The notes under the pieces are model-generated. The model searched no databases. It saw only the letters and a program-made list of their open reading frames with translations, and had not been told where the DNA came from. A DNA stretch of 64,000 nt. It comes from Candidatus Uhrbacteria bacterium (GTDB lineage Bacteria > Patescibacteriota > Patescibacteriia > JACQRZ01). The position numbers and the translations under genes are program-made. This document shows positions 62,802 to 64,000 of this stretch, in pieces (the first letter of the stretch is position 1; every line of letters starts with the position of its first letter). The stretch spans positions 8,073 to 72,072 of the forward strand of contig JACQSC010000010.1 of the NCBI GenBank assembly GCA_016206155.1, read 5' to 3'.

Positions 62802-64000
62802 TTAAACTCCTTTGCTCCGTAATGCGGCGTCCGAAACTATGTGTTTATCGATAAAACGCTTTCTCAATTCTGTCTGCTTCGCAGAATCAGAAGCGAGATT
62901 TTTTAATCGCTCAACAGCTATGCGCTCCATAAAATCAACAAAGCGGGGGTGCACAAGGTCGGCATCTTTAATAATACGATACTGCCAATACGCGTCTTTT
63001 CCTCGTTCTTTCAATAATTCGGCGCGAAATGTGATAAAATCATCATCATGTCCTTGCTCAAAAAGACTTATGAGCCGCTGCAGCTGTTTCTTCTTCGTGT
63101 CCTCATTTGAAATCGTATCGTCCAACTCATCCTTGCTTAGACGTCGATAGGGAGCAAAGAGCGCCTCCCGCTCCGAAGGTCCATATTTATCGGCAAGAGA
63201 TTTGATGTTTTTCTTTAATTCCTCAATCGTTTTATCAAGTTCTGCGAGTTTGTCCTCCGCCTTTTTTATGAGCCTGTCGCTCTTCATGTCCTTCAGTTCT
63301 TTCTCCATCACTTCCTGCTGTTTGCCCGCCGCATCAAGTTCTTTTTGCAATGTAGATATGGTAGCGGGTATGGTGACAAGAATTTCCATTTTTTTCTCAG
63401 CATCCGGATGTCCCGGCGTATCTGGCAGCGCGGAAAATGGCTCAAGAACACGATTTTTTACAAAGGCGTCAAATTGAGCGATTCCGTCTTGCCACTCGGG
63501 AAGCGTGCTCCCCCCTTCGAGCATGGCTCTCATTGCACCAATGGTCTGCTCCTTTACTCGCGAATTGTTAACAGCCTCGGCATAGTTTGAAAACGGTACT
63601 TTAGTATCAGAAAAAACACGGGCGAGCCGCTCTAATGAACTGTCATCGTCAACGGTCTGACTCGCCGCGCGTTCAAGCGTACGTTCTGCAAGATGCATTG
63701 GAACGTTTCGCGCTTCGATAACACCCAGTTCCAACGCCTCGAGAGTCCTCGGCTCAACACCATCATCAAACTGCCTATTAAGAAGTTCTAGTACTTCGCG
63801 CTGTACGCCAGAATGTGCAAGCCTATCAGGTTGCACCGGCATATCTTTCTTTGTAAGGCCATTCAGGAGATTGGTGTGTTCAAACATCTCGACAAATTTC
63901 CTCTGATTTCTATCCGCATCCAGATCGCTCGGGTCGAGCATGTCACGCACCCGCCCCAACAATTGTCCGCGTAAAAATGTCAGTGTCGCCTCGCGCCGCG
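62802..64000 (-). CDS. Hypothetical helical/coiled-coil protein (5' end beyond window)
   Basis: Frame is open to the window edge; charged heptad region LQKELD..LKKNIKSL; no family recognised. Confidence 0.7.
   Translation of the reverse strand, partial: RREATLTFLRGQLLGRVRDMLDPSDLDADRNQRKFVEMFEHTNLLNGLTKKDMPVQPDRLAHSGVQREVLELLNRQFDDGVEPRTLEALELGVIEARNVPMHLAERTLERAASQTVDDDSSLERLARVFSDTKVPFSNYAEAVNNSRVKEQTIGAMRAMLEGGSTLPEWQDGIAQFDAFVKNRVLEPFSALPDTPGHPDAEKKMEILVTIPATISTLQKELDAAGKQQEVMEKELKDMKSDRLIKKAEDKLAELDKTIEELKKNIKSLADKYGPSEREALFAPYRRLSKDELDDTISNEDTKKKQLQRLISLFEQGHDDDFITFRAELLKERGKDAYWQYRIIKDADLVHPRFVDFMERIAVERLKNLASDSAKQTELRKRFIDKHIVSDAALRSKGV

Noticed and set aside
52665-64000. Integrative conjugative element or prophage
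   Set aside because: No integrase, relaxase, phage genes or att repeats visible; cannot be excluded beyond the window edge.
1-64000. Alternative genetic code (UGA=Gly)
   Set aside because: Conserved genes are full length under code 11, and TGA terminates rpmA and others.

Overview
Chromosomal window of a Patescibacteria/CPR bacterium, probably Parcubacteria. This is inferred from the gene repertoire, tRNA-Arg(GCG), homodimeric GlyRS and CPR-type surface proteins; TGA is used as stop (code 11). Housekeeping genes: murD (partial), mraY, rpmA, ctpA-like, murA, parB/parA, murB, gpmI, glyQS, pheS/pheT, a Clp ATPase, radA, recG, comF, five canonical tRNAs and one aberrant tRNA-like gene. It also holds a type IV pilus cluster (pilM/N/O/P-like/pilB plus a PilT with degenerate ATPase motifs), a minimal T4SS-like cluster (VirB6-like, PrgI, VirB4) and three tandem VirB2-like pilins. 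Main unexplained signals: (1) a four-helix-bundle (Avd/IVP-like) gene bracketed by inverted 7-bp tandem arrays, plus a decayed copy, 'empty' inverted arrays at gene junctions, solo telomere-like arrays and in-frame arrays inside recG, which suggests an undescribed mobile or repeat-writing element; (2) pilins fused to putative cell-wall hydrolase domains; (3) a tRNA-like RNA preceded by a separately promoted, terminated RNA complementary to it, and block-wise 'shadow' copies beside two other tRNAs; (4) two palindromic repeat families inserted in frame into radA, recG and a large T4SS-linked protein. All calls are by eye; no database search was run.
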